Source of the DNA: an uncultured Chloroflexia bacterium
GTDB taxonomy: Bacteria > Chloroflexota > Limnocylindria > Limnocylindrales > CSP1-4
Reading direction: 5' to 3'
DNA length: 64,000 nucleotides
Assembly: GCA_963713975.1 (NCBI GenBank)
Contig: OY970218.1
Span: 1,216,001 to 1,280,000, forward strand
Below the pieces are notes generated by a model. It had not been told where the DNA came from, did no database searches, and worked only from the letters and a program-made list of their open reading frames with translations. Numbering within the stretch: the stretch's first letter is position 1; each line of letters begins with the position of its first letter. Below, piece by piece: positions 27,968-37,973 of the stretch. A program made the position numbers and the translations under genes.

Positions 27968-29080
27968 CTACCGGGTCGCCGACGTCGCCGCCTCGTGGTG
28001 CCGCAGCTCTTCATGCGGGTCGGACCCGTCGTGGCCGCACGGGTTCACGTGGATGACCGCCGTGTCGAGCTTCGGGACGTCGTGCAGCAGCCGGTGCCGG
28101 ACGTCCTCCGACACGCGGTGCCCCTCGGTCACCGTCATGTCGCAGTCCACGGTGATGGCCAGCGACGCCTCGAGGGCGTGGCCCACCCAGCGGAGCCGCA
28201 GCCGCGTCACGTCCTGCACGTCCGCCACGGACCGCGCGGTCCGCTCGACGTCGTCGACGAGCTCTGGCTCCACGGCGTCCATCAGGCGCCCGAGCATCTG
28301 GGCGGTCGCCTGCTTGAGCACGACCAGGATCGCGACGGTGATGAGGAGGCCGACCAGGGGATCTGCGATCGGGAACCCGAGGGCGACGCCGATGGCGCCC
28401 GCCACCACCGCCAGCGACGTCAACCCGTCGGTCCGGGCGTGGTAGCCGTCCGCGACCAGGGCGGCCGAGCCGATCTCGCGCCCGACGCGGATGCGGTACA
28501 GCGCGACGAGCTCGTTGCCGGCGAAACCGATGATGCCGGCGGCGATGACCATCGGGATGTTGGTGATCACGACGGGGTTGATGAGCCGGGTGATTGACTC
28601 GTAGGCGGCGAGCGCCGCGGACCCGAGGATCATGAGCAGGACGAACAGCCCCGCGAGGTCCTCGGCCCGGCGGTAGCCGAAGGTGTAGCGGCGCGTCGCC
28701 GCCCGCGCGCCGACGACGAACGCGATCCACAGCGGGATCGCCGTCAGGGCGTCGCTGAAGTTGTGGATCGTGTCGGCCAGCAGGGCGACGGAGCCCGAGA
28801 CGATCACGACCCCGAGCTGGAGGACGGCGGTGATCCCGAGCCCGACCAGCGAGACCTTGACCGCCCGGATGCCGCGCGCGTTGCTGGTCAGCGCCTCGTC
28901 GACGGCGTCGGCGGGATCGTGGCTGTGGCCCACGATCGAGGCCAGGAACCCCGCGAGACCTCCGTGGGCGTGGCCGTGCTCGTGGTCATGGGGATCCGCA
29001 GGGGCGTGCCCGTGGGCCGGATCCGGCTCCTGTGGGTGGGGATGGTCATGCGGGTGGTCATGGTCGTGCGGCAGGGTCAC
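27968..29080 (-). CDS. Cation diffusion facilitator transporter with His-rich N-terminus
   Basis: SGSVALLADTIHNFSD, ADGYHARTD, C-terminal dimerisation domain. Confidence 0.9.
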   Translation of the reverse strand: MTLPHDHDHPHDHPHPQEPDPAHGHAPADPHDHEHGHAHGGLAGFLASIVGHSHDPADAVDEALTSNARGIRAVKVSLVGLGITAVLQLGVVIVSGSVALLADTIHNFSDALTAIPLWIAFVVGARAATRRYTFGYRRAEDLAGLFVLLMILGSAALAAYESITRLINPVVITNIPMVIAAGIIGFAGNELVALYRIRVGREIGSAALVADGYHARTDGLTSLAVVAGAIGVALGFPIADPLVGLLITVAILVVLKQATAQMLGRLMDAVEPELVDDVERTARSVADVQDVTRLRLRWVGHALEASLAITVDCDMTVTEGHRVSEDVRHRLLHDVPKLDTAVIHVNPCGHDGSDPHEELRHHEAATSATR

Positions 29081-29155
29081 CGGCGTAGTCTCGGCAGGAC
29101 ACCTTGGCGGCGCAAGGACACACGGCCCGCGTCCGTCGGCCAACCGACCCGCGCG

Positions 29156-30343
29156 TCACTCGGCATCGGTCAGCCTCACCGCCGTTCGCAGACCCTCGAC
29201 GACGCCGAACCGCACGCTGATCGGGGTCCCGGTCGCCATGTGCTCCCGGAGGTGACCCGCGTTGAAGCCACCGTCTGTGAGGTCGAGCGTGCCGACCCCG
29301 AACTCGATCTCCTCGCCGGCGTTCGTGCGCAGCGTGAACGAGTTCACCTTGGCGACCGACGCCTGGTCGACGGCGGTCACCAGGCCCTCGACGCTCCCGT
29401 TCGCCGGGGCAACCGTGTCGAAGGCGTCGCGCAGCTCGTCCTCCGCGACGGCGCCCTCGAACTTGGCCGTGACCTTGCCGTTGCCGTCGATGACGAAGAT
29501 CCAGGGCTCGCTGCGTAGCCCCCAGGCATCGGTCCAGGCCGCGGCCTGGAGCTGGCCGTCCGCGAGCACTGGCTGGAGCCGACCCTCGGTGAAGGCCATC
29601 ATGTACGGCTCGACGTTGATGAACGTCAGGGTCGGGTAGTCGGCGGCGACCGTCTTGACGTTCTCGAGCAAGGGGCCGCACATCGCCGTCTGGCAGAACG
29701 CCGGTGTCGCGAAGGCGAGGACGAACGGCTCCCGCGCCGTCAGCGCGTCGGCGACCGAGGTCCGGTAGAAGGCCGGGTCGGGTGCCTGGTCCGTCGAGAC
29801 CCTGGCGAGGTCCCCGCCGACGTCGGCCGCCGTGGGCGTGTCGATGGACACCACCGGGGCGCCGATCGCGAGCGTCGGGCCCGATTCGGCGACATCGAAG
29901 TCGGCGCGCACCTGCTCGCTGCGTCCGTCGGGGAAGATTGCGGTGAAACGCGCGCCCCAGCGGCCGGCCGTCGGGAACTCGACATCGGCGGCGTACAGCC
30001 CGCGCTGGCCCTCGATCGCCCATAGGAAGCGCGAGTCGGTGGTGAAGGCGACCTGGTTCTCGTCCGCCGCAACATCGAAGAACTCGAGCGTGACCGGCAC
30101 GTCCGGCGCCGCGACGAGCTTGTTCGCGGCATCGGTGAGCGAGAACAGGAAGCGGTTCTTCCCGGCGAGGATCTCGGACGAGACGAAGATCGGGTAGATG
30201 TTCGGCTCGCCGGCGGCCGGAGTCGACGCGATGGGTGCGCCAGGGGTCGACGGGGCACTCGACGGACTCACAGGCGTTGATCCACCGCACGCCGCCGCGA
30301 CCAGCGCGACGGCGGTGAGGAACACCGGCATCAATCCACGCAT
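29156..30343 (-). CDS. Thioredoxin-fold lipoprotein
   Basis: Lipobox VAAAC; FATPAFCQTAMCGP and SEPWIFVID. Confidence 0.75.
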   Translation of the reverse strand: MRGLMPVFLTAVALVAAACGGSTPVSPSSAPSTPGAPIASTPAAGEPNIYPIFVSSEILAGKNRFLFSLTDAANKLVAAPDVPVTLEFFDVAADENQVAFTTDSRFLWAIEGQRGLYAADVEFPTAGRWGARFTAIFPDGRSEQVRADFDVAESGPTLAIGAPVVSIDTPTAADVGGDLARVSTDQAPDPAFYRTSVADALTAREPFVLAFATPAFCQTAMCGPLLENVKTVAADYPTLTFINVEPYMMAFTEGRLQPVLADGQLQAAAWTDAWGLRSEPWIFVIDGNGKVTAKFEGAVAEDELRDAFDTVAPANGSVEGLVTAVDQASVAKVNSFTLRTNAGEEIEFGVGTLDLTDGGFNAGHLREHMATGTPISVRFGVVEGLRTAVRLTDAE

Positions 30344-30380
30344 TGGACTCCTCCATGAGGGCGGCGGCACCCGGGCGCCG

Positions 30381-31022
30381 TCAGCAACAGTCGTCCTCGC
30401 CGCGCCAGGCCTCGCGTGCCTCCTTCGTGATGAACACGGTCATCCCAAGGGCCGCGACCGGGTCGGCCCACCACCACCCGAGCAGGGCGTTGAGGCTGAT
30501 CCCCACGAGCATCACGAGCGAGAGCCAGAAACAGGCGTTGGTCTGGAACGCGTCGGCCGTCATCGCCCGAGACCCCAGCGCGATCGCGACCCGCCGCTTC
30601 GCGCGCGCGAGCCACCACATTGCCAGCAGCGACGCCACGGCGAGCGCGATGCCCACGACCGACGGCTGCGGCCGCTCGCCCGCGAGCAGTGAGGTGACCG
30701 CGTCCCAGGCGATGTAGGCCGCGAGCAGGGCCAGCGACCCCGCCACGAGCTGCTGGGCCCGGCGCTCGACGTGCTCGACGCGCTCGTGATCCGTCGCCCG
30801 GCGCTCTGCGTGCAGCCGCCAGATCATCACGGAACCCGAGGCGGACTCCACGAACGAGTCCACCCCGAAGCCGATGAGCGCCACCGACCCCGCGGCCGCG
30901 CCGGCGGCGATCGCGACGACCCCCTCGACCAGGTTCCAGCCGACGGTGAGGTACTCGAGGCGCAGCGCCCGGCGGAGCAGCGCGGGGCGGCCGGGCTCGA
31001 CGGCGGCGGCGATGGTCGTCAT
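30381..31022 (-). CDS. CDF-related cation transporter (TM domain only)
   Basis: LEYLTVGWNLVEG, GFGVDSFVE, WWWADP, terminal CC. Confidence 0.85.
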   Translation of the reverse strand: MTTIAAAVEPGRPALLRRALRLEYLTVGWNLVEGVVAIAAGAAAGSVALIGFGVDSFVESASGSVMIWRLHAERRATDHERVEHVERRAQQLVAGSLALLAAYIAWDAVTSLLAGERPQPSVVGIALAVASLLAMWWLARAKRRVAIALGSRAMTADAFQTNACFWLSLVMLVGISLNALLGWWWADPVAALGMTVFITKEAREAWRGEDDCC

Positions 31023-31912
31023 GCGTGGCTCCGTTCCTCGAGTCGCCGCCGGTCGGCGGTCTCGAGCTGGAAGGTGGAGTGCTCAATGTCGAAGTCGTCC
31101 GACAGGCAGGCGCACAGCGCGTCAAGCGCCGTCGCCGGGTCCGCCCCGTCGCCGAGGACGATGTGGGCCGACACGACGTTCATCCCCGACGTGATTGTCC
31201 AGGCGTGGAGGTCGTGGCAGTCGGCGACCCCGGGTGCCTCGAGGATGTGCCGTCGGACGCGCTCCATGTCCACGCCCTTCGGGGTGGCCTCGAGGAGCAC
31301 GTTGGTCGCGTCGCGCAGGAGCGAGAACGTGCGCGGCAGGATCAGCAGCCCGATCAGGACCGAGGCCACGATGTCCGCGCCCGTCCAGCCGGTCAACGCG
31401 ATCACGACCGCGGCGACGATGACCGCGACGGATCCCGCGAGGTCGCCCATGACCTCGAGGTACGCGCCCCGCATGTTGAGGCTTTCCTTCTGTGCATCCC
31501 GGAGGAGCACCAGCGAGACGAGGTTGGCCACGAGGCCGACGGCCGCGAACGCGAGCATCGCCCCCGAGGCGATCTCCGCTGGCTCGGACAGCCGCCGCCA
31601 CGCCTCGTACAGGACGAACGCCGCGATCCCGAACAGGAGGAACGCGTTGGTCACGGCAGCCAGGATCTCGAGGCGCAGGTAGCCGAAGGTGCGGCCGCTG
31701 GTGGGGGGGCGCTGCGCGAACCAGATGGCGGCGAGCGCGAGGGCGACACCCACGACGTCGGTCAGGACGTGGCCGGCATCCGCGAGCAGCGCGAGGCTGT
31801 TGGTGACGACTGAGCCGACGACCTCGACGACGAGGATCGTGAGGCTCAGCGCCAGGACTGCGACCAGGCGTCCCCGGTGGTTGGCGGCGGCCGACCCGTG
31901 GTCGTGGCCCAT
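31019..31912 (-). CDS. czcD: CzcD/ZitB-type Co/Zn/Cd CDF transporter
   Basis: SLALLADAGHVLTD, SLNMRGAYLEVMGD, HDLHAWTITSG. Confidence 0.88.
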   Translation of the reverse strand: MGHDHGSAAANHRGRLVAVLALSLTILVVEVVGSVVTNSLALLADAGHVLTDVVGVALALAAIWFAQRPPTSGRTFGYLRLEILAAVTNAFLLFGIAAFVLYEAWRRLSEPAEIASGAMLAFAAVGLVANLVSLVLLRDAQKESLNMRGAYLEVMGDLAGSVAVIVAAVVIALTGWTGADIVASVLIGLLILPRTFSLLRDATNVLLEATPKGVDMERVRRHILEAPGVADCHDLHAWTITSGMNVVSAHIVLGDGADPATALDALCACLSDDFDIEHSTFQLETADRRRLEERSHA

Positions 31913-31952
31913 CAGGACACCGGACCAAGCAGGGCAGCGGGTCTCGCCAGCA

Positions 31953-32429
31953 TCACGTGACCGTCACCGCGCCGGCCATGTAGGGATGCGGGTCGCAGGT
32001 GAAGTGGTGGACGCCACGCGGCAGCCCCGGGACGTCGTAGGTGACGATGTCGGGGCCGCTGAAGATCTCGCCCCGGAACAGCGCCGGGCCATCGGCGTCG
32101 GAGTCGTAGATCGCCACGTTGTGCGGGATCTTCACGTCGCGGTGATCGAACTCGATCTGGAACGGCGTGTCGGCGGGGACCGAGAATCCCGCGAGATCGA
32201 ACGCGAAGTTCTCGGCGACGATCCTGATGAGCAGGCCGGCCGCGGGACGCCCTGCGGCAGACGATCCCGTTGGGCGAGGCGGCAGCGATCCGGCGGGCGG
32301 AGCGAAGGTCCAGCTCGGGGCGCGGGGGGCGGCGCAGGCCGCCATCACCAGGCTGAGACCCACGAGCACCGACGCTCCAAGGAGGTCTCGCCGGCTGACG
32401 GGCGGGGCCGGCGAGCCGGACGCCGTCAC
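31953..32429 (-). CDS. Cupredoxin-domain lipoprotein with Tat signal
   Basis: SRRDLLG, MAAC lipobox, type-1 Cu ligands HNV...CDPHPYM. GTGA overlap with the ArsR gene. Confidence 0.8.
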   Translation of the reverse strand: MTASGSPAPPVSRRDLLGASVLVGLSLVMAACAAPRAPSWTFAPPAGSLPPRPTGSSAAGRPAAGLLIRIVAENFAFDLAGFSVPADTPFQIEFDHRDVKIPHNVAIYDSDADGPALFRGEIFSGPDIVTYDVPGLPRGVHHFTCDPHPYMAGAVTVT

Positions 32430-32812
32430 TGGCGCTCGGCGACGTGGGTCGCGGCGCCGACAACGAGGTCGCGAAGGTGGTCGTCGACGAGGCGGTACCA
32501 GGCGACGCGGCCGACCTTGCGGCGCTCCACGGCGCCCCGCTCGCGCAGGAATCGGAGCTGGTGCGAGAGCGCGGACACGCTCATCCCGATGACGAGCGCC
32601 ATGTCGCACACGCACAGCTCTCCGTCGGTGATCGCGAGCAGGTGCAGGATCCGGGCGCGTGACGGGTCCGCGAGCGTCCCGAAGAGCTCCGCGACCTCGC
32701 GTGCGCCGTGCGCCCCGAGCGACCGCCCGAGGAGCGGTTCGATGACCGCGGGATGGCGGCAGTCGGTCGAGCAGGCCTCGGCATCGATGTCGGATTCAAA
32801 CACTTGAGCCAT
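32426..32812 (-). CDS. ArsR/SmtB metal-sensing repressor (CadC/ZiaR-like)
   Basis: LADPSRARIL, ELCVCDMA, SALSHQLRFLR, N-terminal CSTDC. Confidence 0.92.
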   Translation of the reverse strand: MAQVFESDIDAEACSTDCRHPAVIEPLLGRSLGAHGAREVAELFGTLADPSRARILHLLAITDGELCVCDMALVIGMSVSALSHQLRFLRERGAVERRKVGRVAWYRLVDDHLRDLVVGAATHVAERQ

Positions 32813-32821
32813 GCCTCAAGT
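32802..32821. promoter_or_regulatory. Putative SmtB/ArsR operator
   Basis: Inverted repeat ACTTGAG-N6-CTCAAGT overlapping the ArsR start codon. Confidence 0.6.
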
Positions 32822-32863
32822 ATGAACCCGGACCCGCGGATCGCGCCATGTGCCAGACGATAC

Positions 32864-32879
32864 ACGACACCCCTGTCGT
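32864..32879. promoter_or_regulatory. Putative BlaI/CopY-family operator copy 1
   Basis: ACGACA-N4-TGTCGT, also present at 36097 and 37975. Confidence 0.65.
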
Positions 32880-32888
32880 AAGAAGCCC

Positions 32889-33950
32889 TCAGCGCAACCC
32901 GTCGACGTCCACCAGGCCGTCGTGGCGGCTGCCGCCGAAGATCATGGTCGGGATCTTGCGCGTGCCGATGGTCTCACGAACAACCACCTGGTTGGCCTCG
33001 ATGATCGAGGCCACGCGCTCCGAATCCGCCTCCGCCACGATCGCCTCGATGGCAGCTTCGTCGAGCCCGAACTCGACGAGCCAGCCCCGCAGAAGCCCGG
33101 TGGCTTCCCGTGGTGTCGCCCGGTTGACGACGGCCTGCCACGCCTCGCCTGAAGGGTCGGTTCCGGACAGGATCAGCTCCAGGAGCTGCCAGTCCAGTGG
33201 CACCTCGGCTCCGGCGACCGGGTGGAGTCGCAGTGCCTCGAGGTAGCGCACGACCATTCCCGAGTTCGGGAACTTGGTGCCGGTCAGGTCCGGGATCGGG
33301 TAGGCGATGTATCCCAGGTTGTAGCGGTCGGCGAACCCGGCCTCGCGGATGTTCGCGGCGAGCTGCGCGCAGACCGAGCAGCCGGGATCGATGATCTCGA
33401 GGGCCGTGGGCCGGGCAGGGTCGAAGCCCGTCCGCCACGAGACGTTCGGGGGCAGATACTCGGCCGCGTCCCACGTCCGCAGCCTGTCAGGGATCGCGCC
33501 GATGGTCTCGGCGACGTCGGAGACCTCGCCGCCGATCGCGTCCACGAAGTCCAGCGCCACAACCTTGTCGAGAAATGTGGCCTCGAGCGCACCGATCGAG
33601 CACGCCTGGGCGCCCAGCGCGCAGCCCTGCGCGTTTGCCTTGTCGCAGGTCCCGTACACCCACAGGTTGAGGGCGCCCTTGGCCACCACGTAGGCGCTGA
33701 GGATCGTGGTGACGATGATCAGCAACGCCGCGACCTCGATGGCGATGGCCGCCGGGCGGACGAGGCCGAGCCGCCGGGCGGCGACGGGTGCCAACAGGTG
33801 GTCCTTGATGTCCTGACTAAACGAGGTGTCGCAGGGCCGGAACGTGACCCGACGCACCGTGCAGCTCCACGCGCGGCGAAGGTACCCGCGATAGCGAGCG
33901 GAGAAGGCGCCCAGGACGAGCAGGACGAGGAAGGCGGCAATGCAGAACAC
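32889..33950 (-). CDS. Cys-rich membrane protein with C-terminal thioredoxin/DsbA-like domain
   Basis: Two TM helices, GTCDKANAQGCALGAQAC, IIDPGCSVC, KIPT. Confidence 0.7.
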   Translation of the reverse strand: MFCIAAFLVLLVLGAFSARYRGYLRRAWSCTVRRVTFRPCDTSFSQDIKDHLLAPVAARRLGLVRPAAIAIEVAALLIIVTTILSAYVVAKGALNLWVYGTCDKANAQGCALGAQACSIGALEATFLDKVVALDFVDAIGGEVSDVAETIGAIPDRLRTWDAAEYLPPNVSWRTGFDPARPTALEIIDPGCSVCAQLAANIREAGFADRYNLGYIAYPIPDLTGTKFPNSGMVVRYLEALRLHPVAGAEVPLDWQLLELILSGTDPSGEAWQAVVNRATPREATGLLRGWLVEFGLDEAAIEAIVAEADSERVASIIEANQVVVRETIGTRKIPTMIFGGSRHDGLVDVDGLR

Positions 33951-33960
33951 GGGTGATCCT

Positions 33961-35181
33961 CTAGCCCAGGCCCCGGACGAGCCGGTCCAGCGCGCCGACC
34001 GCGGCGTCGACGTCGGCGGTGGTGTTGTGGAGGCCCACCGAGAAGCGGAGCAGCGGCGGGAGCGCGAGACGCTCGCGCAGCCAGTGGTGGGCGCAGAAGT
34101 AGCCGCTGCGGACCATGATCCGCTGCTTCGACAGGAACACCGCGAGCCGATGGGCGTCCTGCCGCTGCACGTACAGGCTGACGATGGGGCTCGGCCCGGC
34201 GTTGAGGAGGGTGACCCCGGGGATCGCCGCCAGGCCCACGAACAGGCGCGCGCCGAGCATGTCCACGTGCTCTGATGGTGAGCGGCCGTCGATCCGCAGC
34301 CCGCCCAGCCAGCCGAGGGCGGCGCGCAGGCCGACGATCTCGCCCCAGGCCTGGAGCCCGGGCTCGAGGCGCGTCCACGGCTCGTCGGCCAGGAGGTCGT
34401 AGTCGTCCTCCCTCACCTCGGACACCATGCCGCCGCCGATGAAACCTACCTCGAGGCGGGTGAGGAGATCCTGGCGCGCCACGACCACGCCGAGCGTCGG
34501 CGCGTAGGCCTTGTGCCCGGAGAAGCAGATCGCGTCGGCACCGGTGCTGTGGAGGAGATCCACCTTGTGCGGCACGGCCTGGGCCGCGTCGAGGAGCACG
34601 ACGCCGCCCCGCTCGTGGGCGTCTCGCACCAGCTCAGCGAGGTTGCCGAGTCGCGAGCCGTCGACGTTGGAGACCGCGTTGACGACGACCACGGCGCGCT
34701 CGAGCTGGGCGGGCCCGTAGGCGAGGGTGCCGTCCGTCGACCGGTCCAGCACGAGGCGTTCGACGCCCAGCCGACGTGCGGCGGTCATCGTCGACAGGAA
34801 CACCGAGTTGTGCTCGGTGTGGCTGGTCACAACACGTTCGAACGTCGCCGACGGCAGCTGCCCGAGCAGGAGGTTGAGCCCGTACGTCGTGTTGAGCGTG
34901 AACGACACCGCGTGCGACCGGCGGGACAGGCCGAGGAGCGCGAGGACCGCGTTGCGGGCGCCATCCACCTCCAGGTCCACCCGGCTGCCCCAGGCGTACT
35001 TCACCCGGCCCCCGCAGGCGCCGAAGGCCGTGTAGTACTCGGTGAGCGCGTCGATGACGGGTCGCGGGCGCAGGCTCTGGCACGCGGCGTCGAGATAGAC
35101 CTCGCGGGCGTCGAGCCAGGCGAAGCCGTCGGGGCGATTGCTTGTCTCGAGCTCGGGGGACTGGCTCCGTCTGAACCGCAT
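33961..35181 (-). CDS. Cysteine desulfurase/selenocysteine lyase (SufS-like class V aminotransferase)
   Basis: YLDAACQS, EHNS, DAAQ, FSGHK, VRSGYFCAH. Confidence 0.88.
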   Translation of the reverse strand: MRFRRSQSPELETSNRPDGFAWLDAREVYLDAACQSLRPRPVIDALTEYYTAFGACGGRVKYAWGSRVDLEVDGARNAVLALLGLSRRSHAVSFTLNTTYGLNLLLGQLPSATFERVVTSHTEHNSVFLSTMTAARRLGVERLVLDRSTDGTLAYGPAQLERAVVVVNAVSNVDGSRLGNLAELVRDAHERGGVVLLDAAQAVPHKVDLLHSTGADAICFSGHKAYAPTLGVVVARQDLLTRLEVGFIGGGMVSEVREDDYDLLADEPWTRLEPGLQAWGEIVGLRAALGWLGGLRIDGRSPSEHVDMLGARLFVGLAAIPGVTLLNAGPSPIVSLYVQRQDAHRLAVFLSKQRIMVRSGYFCAHHWLRERLALPPLLRFSVGLHNTTADVDAAVGALDRLVRGLG

Positions 35182-35867
35182 CAGCGGCCCAGGGCGGCGT
35201 CGATCGCGGCGCGCAGCCCGTCGGGTGAGCGGTCTGTGACCATGACGCCGTTCACGAAGAACTCCGGCGTGCCTTCGACGCCCGCCTTTCGCGCATCCGC
35301 GAGGTCTCGATCCAGGATCGTCGTGTCGCCCGCGATCATCGCCGCCTCGATCGCCGCGGTGTCGAGCCCGACGTCCGCTGCCGCATCGAGGAACGCCTGC
35401 GTTTGCGGGTCCTGCCGCTCGCCCCACTCCGGCTGGCGCTCGTACAGAAGATCCAGCAGTGCCCAGTACCCATCGTCGCTCTGCTTTCGCGCTGCTTCGA
35501 GCGCGAGCACGGCGAGCGTCGAGTTCGCGTGGCCTGGGACGTAGCGGACGACGAGGCGGACCTGGTCGCCGTACTCGCCAACGATCTGCTTGGTGAAGGG
35601 ATTGAAGGCGCGACACGACTCGCACTCGGGGTCGAAGAACTCGACGATCGTGACGGGCGCATCGGGGCGACCAAGCGTCGGGCTGTCCGCGCGGACCAGG
35701 ATTCCATCCGCAGGCTTCGAGCCGCCGAGCGCGGCGGCCGCGACCAGGACCAGCAGCACGAGGGCCGGGATGCCGATGAGCACCAGGCGAGGGATGCGAC
35801 CGCGCGACGCGCCACCGGTCCGTGCGGTCGCGGGGCGCTTCGACGTGGATGTGGACCGGTTAGGCAT
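35181..35867 (-). CDS. DsbA/BdbD-family thiol-disulfide oxidoreductase
   Basis: APVTIVEFFDPECESC, GVEGTPEFFVNG. Confidence 0.88.
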   Translation of the reverse strand: MPNRSTSTSKRPATARTGGASRGRIPRLVLIGIPALVLLVLVAAAALGGSKPADGILVRADSPTLGRPDAPVTIVEFFDPECESCRAFNPFTKQIVGEYGDQVRLVVRYVPGHANSTLAVLALEAARKQSDDGYWALLDLLYERQPEWGERQDPQTQAFLDAAADVGLDTAAIEAAMIAGDTTILDRDLADARKAGVEGTPEFFVNGVMVTDRSPDGLRAAIDAALGR

Positions 35868-36008
35868 GGGGGCTACTCCAGCGGTGAGCAAGACGGAGGG
35901 CCGTGAGCGTCGAGGCCGCAGCCCTCACCTCACCTGGCCGGCGCGGGGTCGAACGCAGGCGCGTGTCGTGTCGGCCGCAAGGCGGCCGGCGCGCAGGTCG
36001 TTGGCACA

Positions 36009-36116
36009 CCTCGCCTTCGATCTCGGATCCGAACACGTGAGCCACAGGTCAAGTATGTCCGCCGATGGCCTGGACCCGCCATGTGTCAGACGATACACGA
36101 CACCCCTGTCGTAAGA
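36009..36116 (-). repeat. Degenerate direct copy of the ArsR 5' end and promoter (32776-32883)
   Basis: MAHVFGSEIEGE versus MAQVFESDIDAE; shared tcaagtatg and cagacgatacacgacacccctgtcgtaaga. Includes operator copy 2 (36097-36112). Confidence 0.85.
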
Positions 36117-36210
36117 CGGATGGCGAATCGTTGAGCCGCGGCTCAAGAATGAACAGCGAACCGGCGAACCACGTTCCCGCTGATCGCCGCACCGGTAAGG
36201 AACACGAACG

Positions 36211-36750
36211 ATGCGTCTCATGCTCTCCCGGCGAACCACGGCGCCGGCGCTCCTCGCCTTCACCATGCTGCTTGGTGGCACGACCGCTGCCTGTTCGGGC
36301 ACGGCCCCCAGCGACGCGACCATCGCCGGCGATGGGGCCGCGGCGGTCGAGGCCATCGTCCCGTCGGGCAACGTCGTCATCCCGACCGATGCTGAGATCG
36401 CCGCCGCCTGGGACCGCCGGCCCGAGTACGTGCGGGCGCTGCCCGAGGACTGGCAGGCCGCCTACAAGTTCGCCCTGGCGCGACCGGATGTCATCGGCTG
36501 GATGCCCTGCAACTGCGGCTGCGGCGCTGACGGCCACCGCAGCAATCTCGACTGCTTCTTCGACCGCCGCGAGAGCGGGGAGATCACTTTCCAGGAGCAC
36601 GGCTCCTTCTGCGATATCTGCGTCGAGACGTCCAACCTCGCAGCCAAGCTCCTCGACGAGGGCAAGTCGATGGCCGAGATTCGGGCCGCGGTCGACGCCA
36701 CGTTCGGCGGTGGCGGGCACAGCACCGACACGCCCCTGCCGCCGGCCTGA
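36211..36750 (+). CDS. PCYCGC-motif lipoprotein
   Basis: TAAC lipobox, MPCNCGC, HRSNLDCF, HGSFCDIC. Confidence 0.85.
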   Translation: MRLMLSRRTTAPALLAFTMLLGGTTAACSGTAPSDATIAGDGAAAVEAIVPSGNVVIPTDAEIAAAWDRRPEYVRALPEDWQAAYKFALARPDVIGWMPCNCGCGADGHRSNLDCFFDRRESGEITFQEHGSFCDICVETSNLAAKLLDEGKSMAEIRAAVDATFGGGGHSTDTPLPPA

Positions 36751-36869
36751 GCGTCCCATCTACTGCCGGCCCGCGCGTCCCCCGGGCCGGCCGTCCCGCA
36801 CCCGCGAGTCCCGCGCGAAGGTGTCCGCGCGGCACTCGCGTGGTGCGGGCCTACCAGAAGGAGGAAAGC

Positions 36870-37466
36870 ATGGGCCTCGTGACGAACACCGTCCGTTCTG
36901 GGCGCTCGACGGCAGGCCGCCTCCAGACGATCGTCGTGGCGGCCATCGCCGTCGTCGTGATCGCGGTCCTCGCCTGGTCCGCCATGGGCGGGTCCGGCGA
37001 CGGCTTCACCAAGGTCGAGATCGCGCCCGACACGGGTGTCACGGCGCCGGAGGTCGGGCGTCCGCCGACGCCCTTCTCGGGGCTCACCTACGACGGCAAG
37101 CCGGCCTCGCTCGCGGACTACGCGGGCAAGCCCTTGTGGCTGACCTTCGGCGGCTCCTGGTGCAGCGACTGCCGGGTCGAGATGCCCGAGCTCGTCGAGA
37201 CCTACAACCGCTACAGCGCCGAAGGCCTCAGTGTCCTGGGCGTCTTCATCAATGAGCCGGCATCCGACACCGGCACCTATGCGCAGCGGGTCGGCATCCC
37301 CTTCCCGATCATCAGCGACGCGAGCGGCAAGATCGCGAGCGCCTACCGGCTGATGGGCGTGCCCACGCACGTGTTCATCGGTCGCGACGGCCTGATCAAG
37401 GACATCAAGATCGGCGCCCTCGCGAAGAACGAGATGGAGGCGGCGGTCCAGGCGATTCTTCGGTAG
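36870..37466 (+). CDS. TlpA/ResA-family thiol-disulfide reductase
   Basis: TM anchor, SWCSDCRVEMP, GVPTHVFI; AGGAGG RBS. Confidence 0.88.
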   Translation: MGLVTNTVRSGRSTAGRLQTIVVAAIAVVVIAVLAWSAMGGSGDGFTKVEIAPDTGVTAPEVGRPPTPFSGLTYDGKPASLADYAGKPLWLTFGGSWCSDCRVEMPELVETYNRYSAEGLSVLGVFINEPASDTGTYAQRVGIPFPIISDASGKIASAYRLMGVPTHVFIGRDGLIKDIKIGALAKNEMEAAVQAILR

Positions 37467-37490
37467 GGCGGGGCGACGAGCATGTCTCGG

Positions 37491-37790
37491 TCAGGACCGG
37501 CGGTCTGCGTCGTCCGGCCTCTGCTGTCCACGAGTCACGCGCACGTACACCGCGGTGCTGATTGCCGAAACTGCGCCGATGGCGATGACCATGACGATCG
37601 CCATTCCCGGGTCACCCGCGAACCCGGGGCCCTCCCCCACGCTTCGAGGATCCCCGATCGGCTCGGGCGTCGCAGCGCGAGCGACCGCGGCTCCCAGGTG
37701 CCACGCCAGGCCGAGTGCTCCCGCAGAGATGGAGCTGATGCGGTTCAGCAGCCGGCCGGCACTCAGCGAGAGGAGCACTCGAGATGACAT
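37491..37790 (-). CDS. Small membrane protein
   Basis: Signal-like N-terminus, GDPRSVGEGPG linker, C-terminal TM; GGGAG RBS. Confidence 0.5.
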   Translation of the reverse strand: MSSRVLLSLSAGRLLNRISSISAGALGLAWHLGAAVARAATPEPIGDPRSVGEGPGFAGDPGMAIVMVIAIGAVSAISTAVYVRVTRGQQRPDDADRRS

Positions 37791-37973
37791 GTAGCTGCTC
37801 CCGCCTGGGCGGCGTCGCGTGGGGAATGGTGTGGGGCGGGGGGCGGCCCGCCCCGCGCCGACACCTTGGACGCGGGGCGGGCTCGACGATGAGGCGCCGT
37901 GATGGCGAAGGCGGGTGCCACCACGGGGGGGGACGCGGTGACACCCGCCTGCGGGAGGAGATCCCGGCCATTC

